Shown piece by piece: positions 9,951-20,029 of a DNA stretch of 64,000 nt. Position 1 is the first letter of the stretch; each line of letters opens with the position of its first letter. The notes under the pieces are model-generated. The model was not told the DNA's origin and ran no database searches. It worked only from the letters and a program-made list of their open reading frames with translations. Made by a program: the position numbers and the translations under genes. The stretch is from Acidimicrobiia bacterium (GTDB lineage: Bacteria > Actinomycetota > Acidimicrobiia > Spongiisociales > UBA5794), in NCBI GenBank assembly GCA_041605955.1, contig JBFIXI010000006.1, forward strand, positions 26,853 through 90,852. The letters run 5' to 3'.

Positions 9951-11953
9951 TGGCCGCTGAGTACCGGATCACGTTCACGCCTTCGGGCCGTCGCGGCACA
10001 GCGATGGCCGGTACCACTGTGCTCGACGCCGCCCGGCGCCTTGGTGCCGACATCGACTCCGTCTGCGGCGGGCGCGGTATCTGTGGCCGGTGCCAGGTGA
10101 CCGTTGGCTCGGCTCCAGGCATCCCCCAGTTGCCAGATGCGCTGTCGCCGCCGGGGCCCACCGAGGTGAACTACCGGGGGCGGCGCCCTTTGGCGGCGGG
10201 TCATCGGCTGTCGTGCGCTGCGGAGATTCGCGGCGACGTCGTCATCGACGTGCCCCCCGTCAGCCAGGTGCACCGCCAAGTGGTGCGCAAGCGTGCCGAG
10301 GTTGTCGCCATCGAGATCGACCCCGTGGTGCGACTCCACTACGTCGAGGTGGCCGCGGCGACCTTGACCGACGCCGGCAGCGACCTGGGGCGCCTGATGA
10401 CGGCCCTCGAGCAGCAGTGGGAGCTGACCGACCTCGGTTACGACCCGGTGGTGCTCGCCGAGCTGCAGCCGGCGCTGGCCTCCGGCAACCACACCGTCAC
10501 GGTTGCGGTGCACGACGGGACAACGGTCACCGGAGTGTGGCCCGGCTTCCACGACAAGGCACTGGGGGTTGCCTTCGATGTTGGCTCGACCACCGTGGCC
10601 GCCCATCTGTGCGACCTGGCCAGCGGCTCGGTCGTGGCCTCGGCGGGCAGGATGAACCCACAAATCAGGTTCGGCGAGGATCTGATGAGCCGGGTGTCGT
10701 ACGTGATGATGAATCCGGGAGGCGAGGTGCAGCTCACGGCTGCGGTGCGCAGCGCCATGAACGACCTGATCGGCGAGCTCGTTGCCGAGGCCGGTGGAGT
10801 GCGCCGTGACATCCTCGAGCTAACCGTGGTCGGCAACCCGATCATGCACCACCTGGTGCTCGGCATCGACCCGACGCCGCTGGGAACGGCCCCGTTCGCC
10901 TTGGCGATCGACCGGGCGGTGCGCGCCCCAGCCGCAACGATCGGGCTCGATGTCCACCCCGGCGCCCGCCTCTACATGCTGCCGTGTATCGCCGGCCACG
11001 TCGGCGCCGATGCCGCCGCGGCGGTCCTCTCGGAAGGGCCACATCGCGACGCCGCCGTCCAGCTGCTCGTCGACGTGGGAACCAACGCCGAGATCGTGCT
11101 CGGCAGCTCGGGGCGAATCATCGCCGCCTCCAGCCCCACCGGCCCCGCCTTCGAGGGTGCCCAGATCTCCAGCGGCCAGCGGGCGGCTCCCGGCGCCATC
11201 GAGCGGGTGCGCGTCGATGCGGAGACGCTCGAGCCCCGGTTCCGAGTCATCGGCAGCGAGCTGTGGTCCGACGAGCCCGGCTTCGCCGAGGAGATCGCCA
11301 CAGGCGGCGTCACCGGAATCTGCGGCTCTGGGATCATCGAGGTCATCGCCGAGCTGTACTTGGCCGGTGTGATCAGCCACGACGGGGTCATCGGCGGCGA
11401 GCATCCCCGCATCGTCGGCGACGGGCGCACGTTCTCCTACGTGCTCGCCGATGGCGCCGTTACCTCCAGCGGCGAGCAGATCAGGATCACGCAGAACGAT
11501 GTGCGCGCCATCCAGCTCGCCAAGGCGGCGCTGTATGCCGGAGTCAAGCTGCTGATGGACCACCTCGGAGTCGCCGCCGTCGACGAGATCCGGCTGGCCG
11601 GGGCGTTCGGCAGCCATATCGACACCAAGTACGCGATGATCCTCGGCCTGATTCCGGATTGCGATCTAGACCGGGTGTTTGCCGCCGGCAACGCGGCCGG
11701 CACGGGCTCCATGATGGCGCTGTTGAGCTCGGCGGCCCGAGCCGAGATCGAGTCGGTAGCGACCGACATCGAGAAGATCGAGACCGCAACCGAGCCTCGC
11801 TTCCAGGAGCTGTTCGTCGCCGCAATGGGGATCCCACACTCCTCCGATGCTTTCCCGAATCTGGCGCGGTCGGTGCCGCTGCCGGAGCGCACCGCGGCGA
11901 AACCTCGGCCCGAGCGGCGGCGGCGGGCCCGTGACGGAGGGAGCACCCCTTGA
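9950..11953 (+). CDS. ramA: corrinoid reductive activation enzyme (RamA-like: 2Fe-2S ferredoxin domain plus ASKHA ATPase domain)
   Basis: N-terminal CGGRGICGRC ferredoxin cluster motif, followed by the large COG3894-type domain. The start overlaps the upstream stop by 1 nt. Confidence 0.75.
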   Translation: MAAEYRITFTPSGRRGTAMAGTTVLDAARRLGADIDSVCGGRGICGRCQVTVGSAPGIPQLPDALSPPGPTEVNYRGRRPLAAGHRLSCAAEIRGDVVIDVPPVSQVHRQVVRKRAEVVAIEIDPVVRLHYVEVAAATLTDAGSDLGRLMTALEQQWELTDLGYDPVVLAELQPALASGNHTVTVAVHDGTTVTGVWPGFHDKALGVAFDVGSTTVAAHLCDLASGSVVASAGRMNPQIRFGEDLMSRVSYVMMNPGGEVQLTAAVRSAMNDLIGELVAEAGGVRRDILELTVVGNPIMHHLVLGIDPTPLGTAPFALAIDRAVRAPAATIGLDVHPGARLYMLPCIAGHVGADAAAAVLSEGPHRDAAVQLLVDVGTNAEIVLGSSGRIIAASSPTGPAFEGAQISSGQRAAPGAIERVRVDAETLEPRFRVIGSELWSDEPGFAEEIATGGVTGICGSGIIEVIAELYLAGVISHDGVIGGEHPRIVGDGRTFSYVLADGAVTSSGEQIRITQNDVRAIQLAKAALYAGVKLLMDHLGVAAVDEIRLAGAFGSHIDTKYAMILGLIPDCDLDRVFAAGNAAGTGSMMALLSSAARAEIESVATDIEKIETATEPRFQELFVAAMGIPHSSDAFPNLARSVPLPERTAAKPRPERRRRARDGGSTP

Positions 11954-13488
11954 CGGAACGCAGGGGACGGCGCGGCGGCGGCCGGGCGGCCCGGCAAGCG
12001 GCCCGCACCGCCGCCACGCTCGAGTCGGTCCCATTCCTGACGCGGCAGCTGGCCCCGGTCGAGGTTATGTCGACCGAGGGCCTGGAGATCATCGAGCACA
12101 ACGCCGACACCCTCTTGGAGCAGGTTGGCGTCGAGATCGTCGGATACGACGAGGCTTTGAAGATCTTTGCCGATGCCGGCGCCGACGTCACCGACACCCG
12201 GGTTCGATTCCCCCGCGGGATGTGTCGCCAGATCATCCAGGCGGCGGCGCCGAAATCGTTCACCCAACACGCGCGTAACCCGCAGCGGTCTGTCGTGATC
12301 GGCGACCCGCACACGGTGCTCGTTCCCGCCTACGGGTCACCGTTCGTGCGCGATCTCGAAGGCGGCCGCCGCTATGCGACGATCGAAGACTTCAACAACT
12401 TCGCCAAGCTGAGCTATATGTCGCCGGCGCTACATCACAACGGGGGGACGCTGTGCGAGCCGGTCGATCTTCCCGTCAACAAGCGCCATCTCGACATGGT
12501 CTACGCCCACATCAAGCACTCCGACAAGCCGTTCATGGGGTCGGTCACCCATCCCGACCGGGCGGCCGACTCGGTGGAGATGGCGCGTATCGTATTTGGG
12601 GCCGACTACATGGAGGAACACACGGTCATCCTCGGCCTGGCCAACGCCAACTCACCGATGTCGTGGGATTTCAACATGCTGGGGTCGGCCAAGGTGTACG
12701 CCGAGGCCAACCAGGCAACGCTGATCACACCCTTCATCCTGGCAGGGGCGATGTCGCCGGTCACCGTCGCCGCCGCAGCGACTCAGACGTTGGCGGAGGC
12801 GCTTGCCGGTCTGGCGTTCACGCAGATCGTGCGACCCGGCGCTCCCGTCATATTCGGGTCGTTCGCCAGCTCGATGTCGATGCAGTCGGGGGCGCCCACG
12901 TTCGGCACTCCAGAGCCGCAGCTCGTCCTCTATACGATGGCGGCTCTGGCACGTCGAGTCGGTGTGCCGTTCCGGTCCGGCGGCAACTTCACCGCCTCCA
13001 AGATCCCCGATGCCCAGGCCGCGTACGAGTCTGCGATCAGCTTCCTGCCCGCCATCCAGGCCGGGGTCAACTTCCTGCTGCATACCGCCGGATGGCTCGA
13101 GGGGGGACTGGCGATGGGCTACGAGAAGTTCGTCATCGACGCCGATCAAGCCTCGATGATGGCGAAGTGGGTCCAGGGAGTCGCCGTCGACGAGAACGGC
13201 CTTGCCCTCCAGTCGATGCTCGACAACGGCCCGGGACAGCACTTCCTCGGCACCGCGCACACCCTGGCCAACTTCGAGACGGCTTTCTGGAGCTCGCGGC
13301 AGTCCGACAACAACAGCTTCGAGCAGTGGCTCGAGGACGGAGCGAAGGACTCGGTGACGAGAGCCCACGAGACTTGGAAGCGAATGCTCGCCGAGTACGA
13401 GCCGCCGGCGTTCGACGATGCCAAGGACGAGGAATTGTCTGAGTGGATTGCCGCCAAAAAGGCCTCCGTCCCCGACAGCGACGTTTAG
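11950..13488 (+). CDS. MttB-superfamily (trimethylamine methyltransferase family) non-pyrrolysine methyltransferase, candidate glycine betaine (or other quaternary amine):corrinoid methyltransferase
   Basis: Arg-rich N-terminus (RRGRRGGGRAARQAAR) then LESVPFLTRQLAPVEVMSTEGLEIIEH, typical of the family. The ORF is continuous with no in-frame TAG. TTG start overlaps the ramA stop, with an alternative ATG at 12067. Confidence 0.8.
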   Translation: MTERRGRRGGGRAARQAARTAATLESVPFLTRQLAPVEVMSTEGLEIIEHNADTLLEQVGVEIVGYDEALKIFADAGADVTDTRVRFPRGMCRQIIQAAAPKSFTQHARNPQRSVVIGDPHTVLVPAYGSPFVRDLEGGRRYATIEDFNNFAKLSYMSPALHHNGGTLCEPVDLPVNKRHLDMVYAHIKHSDKPFMGSVTHPDRAADSVEMARIVFGADYMEEHTVILGLANANSPMSWDFNMLGSAKVYAEANQATLITPFILAGAMSPVTVAAAATQTLAEALAGLAFTQIVRPGAPVIFGSFASSMSMQSGAPTFGTPEPQLVLYTMAALARRVGVPFRSGGNFTASKIPDAQAAYESAISFLPAIQAGVNFLLHTAGWLEGGLAMGYEKFVIDADQASMMAKWVQGVAVDENGLALQSMLDNGPGQHFLGTAHTLANFETAFWSSRQSDNNSFEQWLEDGAKDSVTRAHETWKRMLAEYEPPAFDDAKDEELSEWIAAKKASVPDSDV

Positions 13489-13497
13489 GAGACGACA

Positions 13498-14355
13498 GTG
13501 TTGTTCAAGCGCAAGGTGGAGGCATCCCCGGCGGGCAAGGCGGCGATCCGGGCGCTGTTGGAAGATCTGACCTACGAGCTGATCCCGCTGAGCAACGTGC
13601 TGCCGCAAGCAGAGTTCCTCCCCACCGGGGCTCGCGTGTCGGTCACCGCCTCGCCTGCCAAGGGCATGCAGGCGACGGTCGACCTGGCTCTGGAGCTGAG
13701 ACAGCGCGGCTTCGACGTCGTGCCCCACATTTCGGCCCGCTTGACAGAGGACCGCGCCCAGCTCGAGAGCATCATGAAGCAGATCGGCGACGTCGGCATC
13801 AAGAAGGCATTCGTCGTGGGCGGCGACGCCGACCCTCCGGGTGAGTACTTCGATGGCCTGTCCGTGCTCGAAGCCATGGACGAGATCGGTCACGATCTGG
13901 AGATCGGCATCCCCGCCTACCCGGAGGGACATCACTTCATTCCCGACGACTCCATCGAGCAGGCCTTGGTCGACAAGCAGCCCTACGCCTCGTACATGAC
14001 TACCCAGATGTGTTTCACCCCGGGCACGATCGCCGACTGGATCACCGGCCAGCGAGCCCGCGGCATCCACCTTCCCGTGTCGATCGGGATCCCCGGCGTT
14101 GCCGAGCTGCGCAAGCTGATCGGTATCTCGGCCCGTATCGGTGTCGGCGACTCGCTGAAGTTCGTCACCAAGAACACCGGTCTCGTCGGCAAGCTGGTCC
14201 GGCCCGGCGGCTACGCCCCCGACGACCTGATCATCGGCTTGTCCGAGACGCTGGTGGACATCGACGCCAACATCATCGACTTCCACTGCTACACGTTCAA
14301 TCAGGTCGAGAGCACGGAAGAGTGGCGGAAGTCCATGCTCGAGTCGCTCGAGTAA
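13498..14355 (+). CDS. metF: 5,10-methylenetetrahydrofolate reductase
   Basis: AGGAGA RBS before a GTG start. MetF-like TIM-barrel sequence, 285 aa. Confidence 0.8.
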   Translation: MLFKRKVEASPAGKAAIRALLEDLTYELIPLSNVLPQAEFLPTGARVSVTASPAKGMQATVDLALELRQRGFDVVPHISARLTEDRAQLESIMKQIGDVGIKKAFVVGGDADPPGEYFDGLSVLEAMDEIGHDLEIGIPAYPEGHHFIPDDSIEQALVDKQPYASYMTTQMCFTPGTIADWITGQRARGIHLPVSIGIPGVAELRKLIGISARIGVGDSLKFVTKNTGLVGKLVRPGGYAPDDLIIGLSETLVDIDANIIDFHCYTFNQVESTEEWRKSMLESLE

Positions 14356-14452
14356 CGCTCGCTCGAGTAGGGCTGGAGTCGCTCGAGTAGGCAAGAACGG
14401 GGGCACCCACGCGTGCCGACCCGCAGCGGGTTCCCTGCATTCTCGGCATCGG

Positions 14453-14902
14453 CTACACCCCGATGTCCTCGTTCCACAGCTCGGGGTGGGAGGCGACGAA
14501 CTCGTCCATCAGCGCCTTGCACTCGGCGTCGTCGACGATCGTCAGTTCGACACCACGGCTGCGGACGTAGTCCTCGGGGCCCCGGAACGTGCGGTTCTCG
14601 CCGACCACGATGCGCGGAATCCCGTACAGCAAGGCAGCGCCCGAGCACATGTCGCACGGCGACAGCGTGGAGTACAACGTCGCCCGCTGGTACTGGCCGG
14701 CGGGCAGGCGCCCGGCGCTCTCGAGACAATCCATCTCGGCGTGCAGTATCACGCTGTTGCGCTGCACCCGCCGATTGTGCCCCCGACCGACTATTTCGCC
14801 GTCGATGACCAACACCGATCCGATGGGTATCCCGCCGGCGGCGCGACCCCCCTTCGCCTCGTCGATGGCGGCCTGCAGGAATGGGTCGTCGCTGATGAAC
14901 AC
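14453..14902 (-). CDS. CDA-fold nucleoside deaminase (cytosine/guanine deaminase-like)
   Basis: Zn-binding HAEMDCLE and SPCDMC motifs. Confidence 0.75.
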   Translation of the reverse strand: MFISDDPFLQAAIDEAKGGRAAGGIPIGSVLVIDGEIVGRGHNRRVQRNSVILHAEMDCLESAGRLPAGQYQRATLYSTLSPCDMCSGAALLYGIPRIVVGENRTFRGPEDYVRSRGVELTIVDDAECKALMDEFVASHPELWNEDIGV

Positions 14903-14952
14903 CTCCCCAGCAGGAAGAACCTAGCTCCCCGTAGTGATGCACCGCCGCGGCG

Positions 14953-15267
14953 TTAGAAGAGCCAGTCGAGGATCCACAGGCTCACCAAGCCTACGCCGAT
15001 CGTCCATCCGATCGATTTCGTCTTCCACGCCACCGTGATGGCGATGAGCCCGGCGATCAAGCGCAGATTGCCGAAACTGATGTCGACGGTATCGAACGGA
15101 GCCACTACCTCGGGAATGGCGATCGCGGCGATGACCGCAGGCGCCACCAGGCGCAACGGACGCTCCACGTACGTGGGGATCTCTCGGCTGCCGAGTATCC
15201 CAACGAACGACAGCCGGGTCAGGTAGGTGCCGACGCCCACGATGATCACCACGAGCCAGGGGCTCAT
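14953..15267 (-). CDS. azlD: branched-chain amino acid transport protein AzlD family
   Basis: Hydrophobic protein of about 104 aa. ATG at 15267 overlaps the azlC stop (ATGA). The track ORF is longer, but its upstream part is not hydrophobic. Confidence 0.6.
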   Translation of the reverse strand: MSPWLVVIIVGVGTYLTRLSFVGILGSREIPTYVERPLRLVAPAVIAAIAIPEVVAPFDTVDISFGNLRLIAGLIAITVAWKTKSIGWTIGVGLVSLWILDWLF

Positions 15268-15971
15268 CGCAACGACCTCCACTCGAAGATCGACCCGGCC
15301 GCCACCCCGGCCAGCGAAGCAACGATGATGCCGGTCCCATTGGGCAGTTCCAGGCCGGCGACGGCGACCACGCCACCGACGACGGCGGCAACCGCCGCCG
15401 GTCTCGAGGAGATCGCCGGGGCTAGCAGACCGAGGAACACGAGGGCGATGGCGAAGTCCAGCGACCACTCCGGAGGAACCTGCGCCCCGACGACCAAGCC
15501 GACCAGGGTCGCCAGTTGCCATGCCACCCACAACGTGAGCGCCGTGCCGAGGTAGTACCACTTCACGGTGGTGGCGTCGCTGTCCCGCTCGTAGCGACTA
15601 GCCGAGAGCACGAAAGCCTGATCGGTGAGAATGTACGGCAGCCACCAGCGGTCGAGGGGCGTCAGCTTGCTGAAGTGGGGGGCGATGGCAGCGCTGTACA
15701 TGGCGTGACGCAAGTTGATCACCAAGGGGGTGGCAACCGCGACGGCAGCGAGCGCTCCCGAGTTCAGCAGCTCGATCGTTGCGATCTGCGCGGCGCCGGC
15801 GAAGATGAGCCACGACGTGGCCCAGCCCACCCAGTTGTCGATCGGGGTGCCGGCCACGGTCACCCCGATGATGAGGCCGAACGGCACTGCTCCCAGCAAG
15901 ATCGGAGACACTGCCTTGACGCCTTCGACAAACCGTTCCCGGGGAGTCGCTACCCGCACTCCTTGCTCCAC
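15264..15971 (-). CDS. azlC: AzlC family branched-chain amino acid permease
   Basis: Polytopic membrane protein with the AzlC-like N-terminal motif (AVSPILLGAVPFGLIIGV). A GTG at 15971 is the assumed start, and it is uncertain. Confidence 0.55.
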   Translation of the reverse strand: MEQGVRVATPRERFVEGVKAVSPILLGAVPFGLIIGVTVAGTPIDNWVGWATSWLIFAGAAQIATIELLNSGALAAVAVATPLVINLRHAMYSAAIAPHFSKLTPLDRWWLPYILTDQAFVLSASRYERDSDATTVKWYYLGTALTLWVAWQLATLVGLVVGAQVPPEWSLDFAIALVFLGLLAPAISSRPAAVAAVVGGVVAVAGLELPNGTGIIVASLAGVAAGSIFEWRSLR

Positions 15972-16214
15972 ATCTGAGAGAACACCGAATCGGTCGGGGT
16001 GGTTGCACGCGACCGGCCGCCGGAGGCTAGCCCCAGTGCGCGGACCTCCGGCCCTACGCTCACACCGGTGCACCGAGATTGCCGCGCGTGACGCCGCGGC
16101 CGGCGGGTTGTTGCCGGTGGTGGCGCCCGTCACCCCCCCTTTTTGCTCGACATGGGGCGATGCCTATTCACTAACTTGGCGCCAATCGAATCTCCCGACA
16201 CGAAAGGGGTGTGA

Positions 16215-16727
16215 ATGCAGGTAAGCATGACCGTGAACGGGAGGGACGTCAGCGGGGACGTTGAACCACGGACGCTGCTCGTTCACTTCATTCGAGAGAA
16301 CCTGCGACTTACGGGCACGCACGTCGGGTGTGAGACGAGCTACTGCGGCGCATGCACCATCCACGTGAATGGCACGCCCGTCAAATCGTGCACCATGCTG
16401 GCGGTGCAAGCCGACGGCGCCGACGTCACGACCATCGAGGGCCTGGCCGACGGCCAAACCCTTCATCCGGTCCAAGAGGGCTTCTGGGAGCGCCACGGCC
16501 TGCAATGTGGGTTCTGCACCCCGGGAATGATCATGTCGGCGGCCGCGCTGCTCGCCGAGAACGACAATCCCTCGGAGGACGAGATCCGCCACGGCATCGA
16601 AGGCAACTTGTGCCGCTGCACCGGCTACCACAACATCGTGCGAGCCGTCGAATACGCCGGCGCCAAGATGCGGGGTGAGGAGCCGGCGCCGCCCGACTGG
16701 ACGCTCGACTTCGAGGGGGTCTCATGA
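16215..16727 (+). CDS. coxS: molybdo-flavoprotein hydroxylase small subunit, 2Fe-2S (CoxS-like)
   Basis: Cys motifs of the plant-type and 4-helix 2Fe-2S clusters ([22 protein letters not shown]). Confidence 0.85.
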   Translation: MQVSMTVNGRDVSGDVEPRTLLVHFIRENLRLTGTHVGCETSYCGACTIHVNGTPVKSCTMLAVQADGADVTTIEGLADGQTLHPVQEGFWERHGLQCGFCTPGMIMSAAALLAENDNPSEDEIRHGIEGNLCRCTGYHNIVRAVEYAGAKMRGEEPAPPDWTLDFEGVS

Positions 16728-19105
16728 CGACCACCACCAGTGCAATGGGCGGCATCGTCCGTCGCAGGGAGGATCCGGCGCTAATTGCCGGCAAGGGGCG
16801 CTACGTGGACGACATCAAGCTGCCCGGCGAGACCGCCGCCGTCTTCGTACGTAGCCCGTTCGCCCACGCCCGCATCAACTCGATCGACACCTCGGCGGCC
16901 GAGGCCATGGAAGGAGTGCTGGCGGTCTACACCAGCGACGACGTGACGGAGCTCGGCCCGCTGCTGGCACAAGTGCCGGTGGGCGTGATGCGTCCGCTGC
17001 TGGCCGACGGTGCGGTCCATCACGCCGGGGAAGCTGTCGCCATGGTGGTGGCCGAGAACGCGTATATCGCTCGTGATGCCGCCGACGCAGTCGACGTGGA
17101 CTACGACCCGCTGCCGGTAGCCGTCGATCTCAAGGAGGCGGCCACGGACGAGGTCAAGGTTCACGAGGGTGCCGAGTCCAACGTGTTGGTCACCTGGTAC
17201 TCACATGACTGGTGGCCGGGTGTCATGGAACTCGAGGATCATCGGCCCGCTATCGAGGAAGCCAAGCAGCGCGACGACGTCGTCGTTGTCAGCCAGGAGA
17301 TGGTGAACCAGCGGCTCATCCCGGTAGCGATCGAGCCGCGCGCCGTGTTGGCGGACTACAACACGGGGTACGGACGAGTCAACCTGTGGACCTCCACGCA
17401 GATGCCGCACGCGATCGCGGCGGCCGTCGCCAAGACGTTCGGGCTGACGAACCACGATGTGCATCTGGTAGCCCCCGAAGTCGGCGGCGGTTTCGGCGTG
17501 AAGCTCAACCTCTACCCGGATGAGATCCTGACGGTCTTTGCGTCCCGGGAGCTCGGTCGGCCGGTGCGGTGGACTGAGACCAGGCGCGAAGCCGCGTATT
17601 CGAGCATCCAGGGTCGCGGTTGGGTGGGCACGGCGACCATCGTCGGCACTAAGGACGGTGAGATCCTCGGCTACGAGCTGGACGCCCTAGCCGACATGGG
17701 GGCCTACAGCCAGAACTTCACGGTGGCGATTCCGGTCCTCGGCCTCTACGTGGCTCAGGGCCAGTACAACATCCCGCTGGCCTGGCAGGTCTCGTGCGTG
17801 CAGACGAACACTCAGACCACCGACGCCTATCGCGGCGCCGGCCGGCCGGAGGCGATCTACTACCTCGAGCGGATCATCGACATGTATGCCGCCGAGATCG
17901 GAGTAGATCCCGCTGACGTGCGCAAGAAGAACTTCTTCAAGCACGACGAGTTCCCAGCGACGACGGCCATCGGATTGACGATGGACTCGGGCAACTACGA
18001 CCACAACCTGGACACGCTGCTCGACGACGTCCAGTACGCCGACCTTCGCAAGATGCAGCGGGAGGCCCTCGACGAGGGTCGTTACGTCGGCATCGGGTTG
18101 AGCACGTACGTGGAGGTGTGCGGCTTTGCGCCTTCGGTGCTCGCCGAGTTCGGCTTCGGCTGGGACGCCTACGGGCTGCCGACTTCGTTCAGCGGCTCGG
18201 GATTGGTGCGCATCAATCCGGACGGGTCGGCCAGTGTGATCATCGGCACCGGGCCCTCGGGGCAGGGCCACGAGACAACCTGGGCACAGGTCGTCTCCGA
18301 TCGGCTCGGCGTCGAGTTCGACAAGGTCCGTGTCAGCCACGGCGACACGTTCGAGTCCCCCGTCGGAGTGGGCACCTTCGGCAGCCGCTCGGCGGCCGTC
18401 GACGGGGCTGCCACATACGAGGCGGCCGAGAAGGTGCGCCAGAAGGCGGCCGAGATCGTTGCTCACATGCTGGAAGCGTCGGCCGAGGACATCCAGTTCT
18501 CCGATGGCGGTGCTCACGTCGCCGGCAGCCCCGGCCACCGCGTCACTTGGGGAGAGATCGCCGAGGTGGCTTACAAGCCGCACAAGGGTCCCGAGGGGTT
18601 CGAAGCGGGCCTGGAGGCGCACGCGGTGTTCTCGCCGGGCAACGCCACCTGGCCGTTTGGCTCGCACCTGGCAGTCGTCGAAGTGGATCCCGACACCGGG
18701 GACGTCCAGATCTTGCGCTACGTCGCAGTCGACGATTGCGGCAACCGGATCAACCCGATGATCGTCGACGGCCAGATCCACGGCGGCATCGCCCAAGGGG
18801 TCGGCCAGGCGATGTTCGAGGAGGCGATATACGACGCCGACGGCAATCTGCTGACCGGCTCGCTGGTCGACTACCCGTTGCCGACCGCCAGTGACCTGCC
18901 GGCTTTCGAGCTGGGGTGGACCAACACGCCGACCGACGTCAACCCAATGGGGGTGAAGGGCATCGGCGAGGCGGGCACCATCGGCTCGGCACAGACGATC
19001 GTCAACGCCGTTGTCGACGCCTTACGCCCGCTCGGAGTGAAACACATCGACATGCCGCTCAGGCCGCGCAAGGTCTGGGATGCGATTCAGAAGGCGAGGG
19101 GATAG
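16724..19105 (+). CDS. coxL: molybdopterin large subunit of a form-II CODH-like / xanthine-dehydrogenase-family enzyme
   Basis: Active-site loop AYRGAGR, the form II signature. Form I enzymes carry AYRCSFR instead. ATGA overlap with coxS. Confidence 0.8.
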   Translation: MTTTTSAMGGIVRRREDPALIAGKGRYVDDIKLPGETAAVFVRSPFAHARINSIDTSAAEAMEGVLAVYTSDDVTELGPLLAQVPVGVMRPLLADGAVHHAGEAVAMVVAENAYIARDAADAVDVDYDPLPVAVDLKEAATDEVKVHEGAESNVLVTWYSHDWWPGVMELEDHRPAIEEAKQRDDVVVVSQEMVNQRLIPVAIEPRAVLADYNTGYGRVNLWTSTQMPHAIAAAVAKTFGLTNHDVHLVAPEVGGGFGVKLNLYPDEILTVFASRELGRPVRWTETRREAAYSSIQGRGWVGTATIVGTKDGEILGYELDALADMGAYSQNFTVAIPVLGLYVAQGQYNIPLAWQVSCVQTNTQTTDAYRGAGRPEAIYYLERIIDMYAAEIGVDPADVRKKNFFKHDEFPATTAIGLTMDSGNYDHNLDTLLDDVQYADLRKMQREALDEGRYVGIGLSTYVEVCGFAPSVLAEFGFGWDAYGLPTSFSGSGLVRINPDGSASVIIGTGPSGQGHETTWAQVVSDRLGVEFDKVRVSHGDTFESPVGVGTFGSRSAAVDGAATYEAAEKVRQKAAEIVAHMLEASAEDIQFSDGGAHVAGSPGHRVTWGEIAEVAYKPHKGPEGFEAGLEAHAVFSPGNATWPFGSHLAVVEVDPDTGDVQILRYVAVDDCGNRINPMIVDGQIHGGIAQGVGQAMFEEAIYDADGNLLTGSLVDYPLPTASDLPAFELGWTNTPTDVNPMGVKGIGEAGTIGSAQTIVNAVVDALRPLGVKHIDMPLRPRKVWDAIQKARG

Positions 19106-19107
19106 GG

Positions 19108-19974
19108 ATGTATCCGAGAAGCTTTGAATACGTCGCTCCCGCCTCGCTCGACGAGGCGTTGGCAGCCCTGAAGGACAACCCGGGCGCCAAGGTGATGACG
19201 GGCGGAATGAGCCTGATCCCGCTGATGAAGCTGCGGTTGTTCTCACCGCCGCTCGTCGTGGATCTCGGCCGGATCGACGGGTTGGGAGATATCGAGGACG
19301 GTGGGGACGCCATCACGATCGGGGCCCTGGTCCGGCATGCCGAGACGGCGGCTAGCGATGTCGTGCAGTCAGGCGCGGCAGCTTTGGCCCAAGCGGCGTC
19401 GCTCACGGGCGATGTGCAGGTCCGCAACCGCGGGACCACCTGCGGTGCCCTGGCACACGCCGACGTGGCGGCGGACCAGACGGCAGCGGCGCTTGCTCTC
19501 GGGGCGACCATGGTCGCCAAGTCGGCCGGTGGCGAGCGGGAGATCTCTGCGGATGACTTCTTCGTAGATGCGCTCACCTCGGCGCTCCAGCCTGACGAGA
19601 TCCTCGTAGAGGTACGGGTGCCCAAGACAACCGGCCGCGCCGGCTCCGCCTACGACAAGCTGGGGCGACGGGGCGGTCGATCGGACTATGCAGTCGCCGG
19701 GGCCGCTGCCGTCGTTTCGATGGACAACGGCAGTGTGGCGTCCGCCCGAGTCGCGCTCACCGGTGTGGGCACCAAGCCCTCGCTGGCCAGCGCAGTCGGC
19801 GACGCACTGGTCGGCACCGACGGGTCGGCCGATGCGGTGGCTGCCGCCGCGGCGCACGCCGCCGACGGAGTCACGGTCCTCGAGGATCTCTACGGATCAG
19901 TCGACTACAAGACCCACCTCGCCAAGGTGTACGCGGCGCGGGCGCTCAACGCGGCCATCGCCGCCGCCGGCTAG
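19108..19974 (+). CDS. coxM: FAD-binding medium subunit (CoxM-like)
   Basis: ATG 3 nt after the coxL stop. FAD-binding fold (KVMTGGMSLIP). Gene order S-L-M. Confidence 0.8.
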   Translation: MYPRSFEYVAPASLDEALAALKDNPGAKVMTGGMSLIPLMKLRLFSPPLVVDLGRIDGLGDIEDGGDAITIGALVRHAETAASDVVQSGAAALAQAASLTGDVQVRNRGTTCGALAHADVAADQTAAALALGATMVAKSAGGEREISADDFFVDALTSALQPDEILVEVRVPKTTGRAGSAYDKLGRRGGRSDYAVAGAAAVVSMDNGSVASARVALTGVGTKPSLASAVGDALVGTDGSADAVAAAAAHAADGVTVLEDLYGSVDYKTHLAKVYAARALNAAIAAAG

Positions 19975-19999
19975 CTCTTTCCTCGGGAGAGGGAGAGCC

Positions 20000-20029
20000 G
20001 GGAGGCCGTCGGTCAGCCGGCGGCCTCCC
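20000..20029. terminator. GC-rich hairpin (GGGAGGCCG...CGGCCTCCC) between convergent coxM and the sensor kinase
   Basis: 9-bp perfect stem. The kinase stop codon lies within the loop. Confidence 0.4.

Noticed and set aside
11950-13488. Possibility that the MttB-family gene is a pyrrolysine-containing trimethylamine methyltransferase
   Set aside because: The reading frame is uninterrupted with no in-frame TAG, and no pylTSBCD-like genes are nearby.
16724-19105. Bona fide aerobic carbon monoxide dehydrogenase (form I)
   Set aside because: The active-site loop reads AYRGAGR, not AYRCSFR. Gene order is SLM rather than MSL, and no coxDEFG accessory genes are adjacent.
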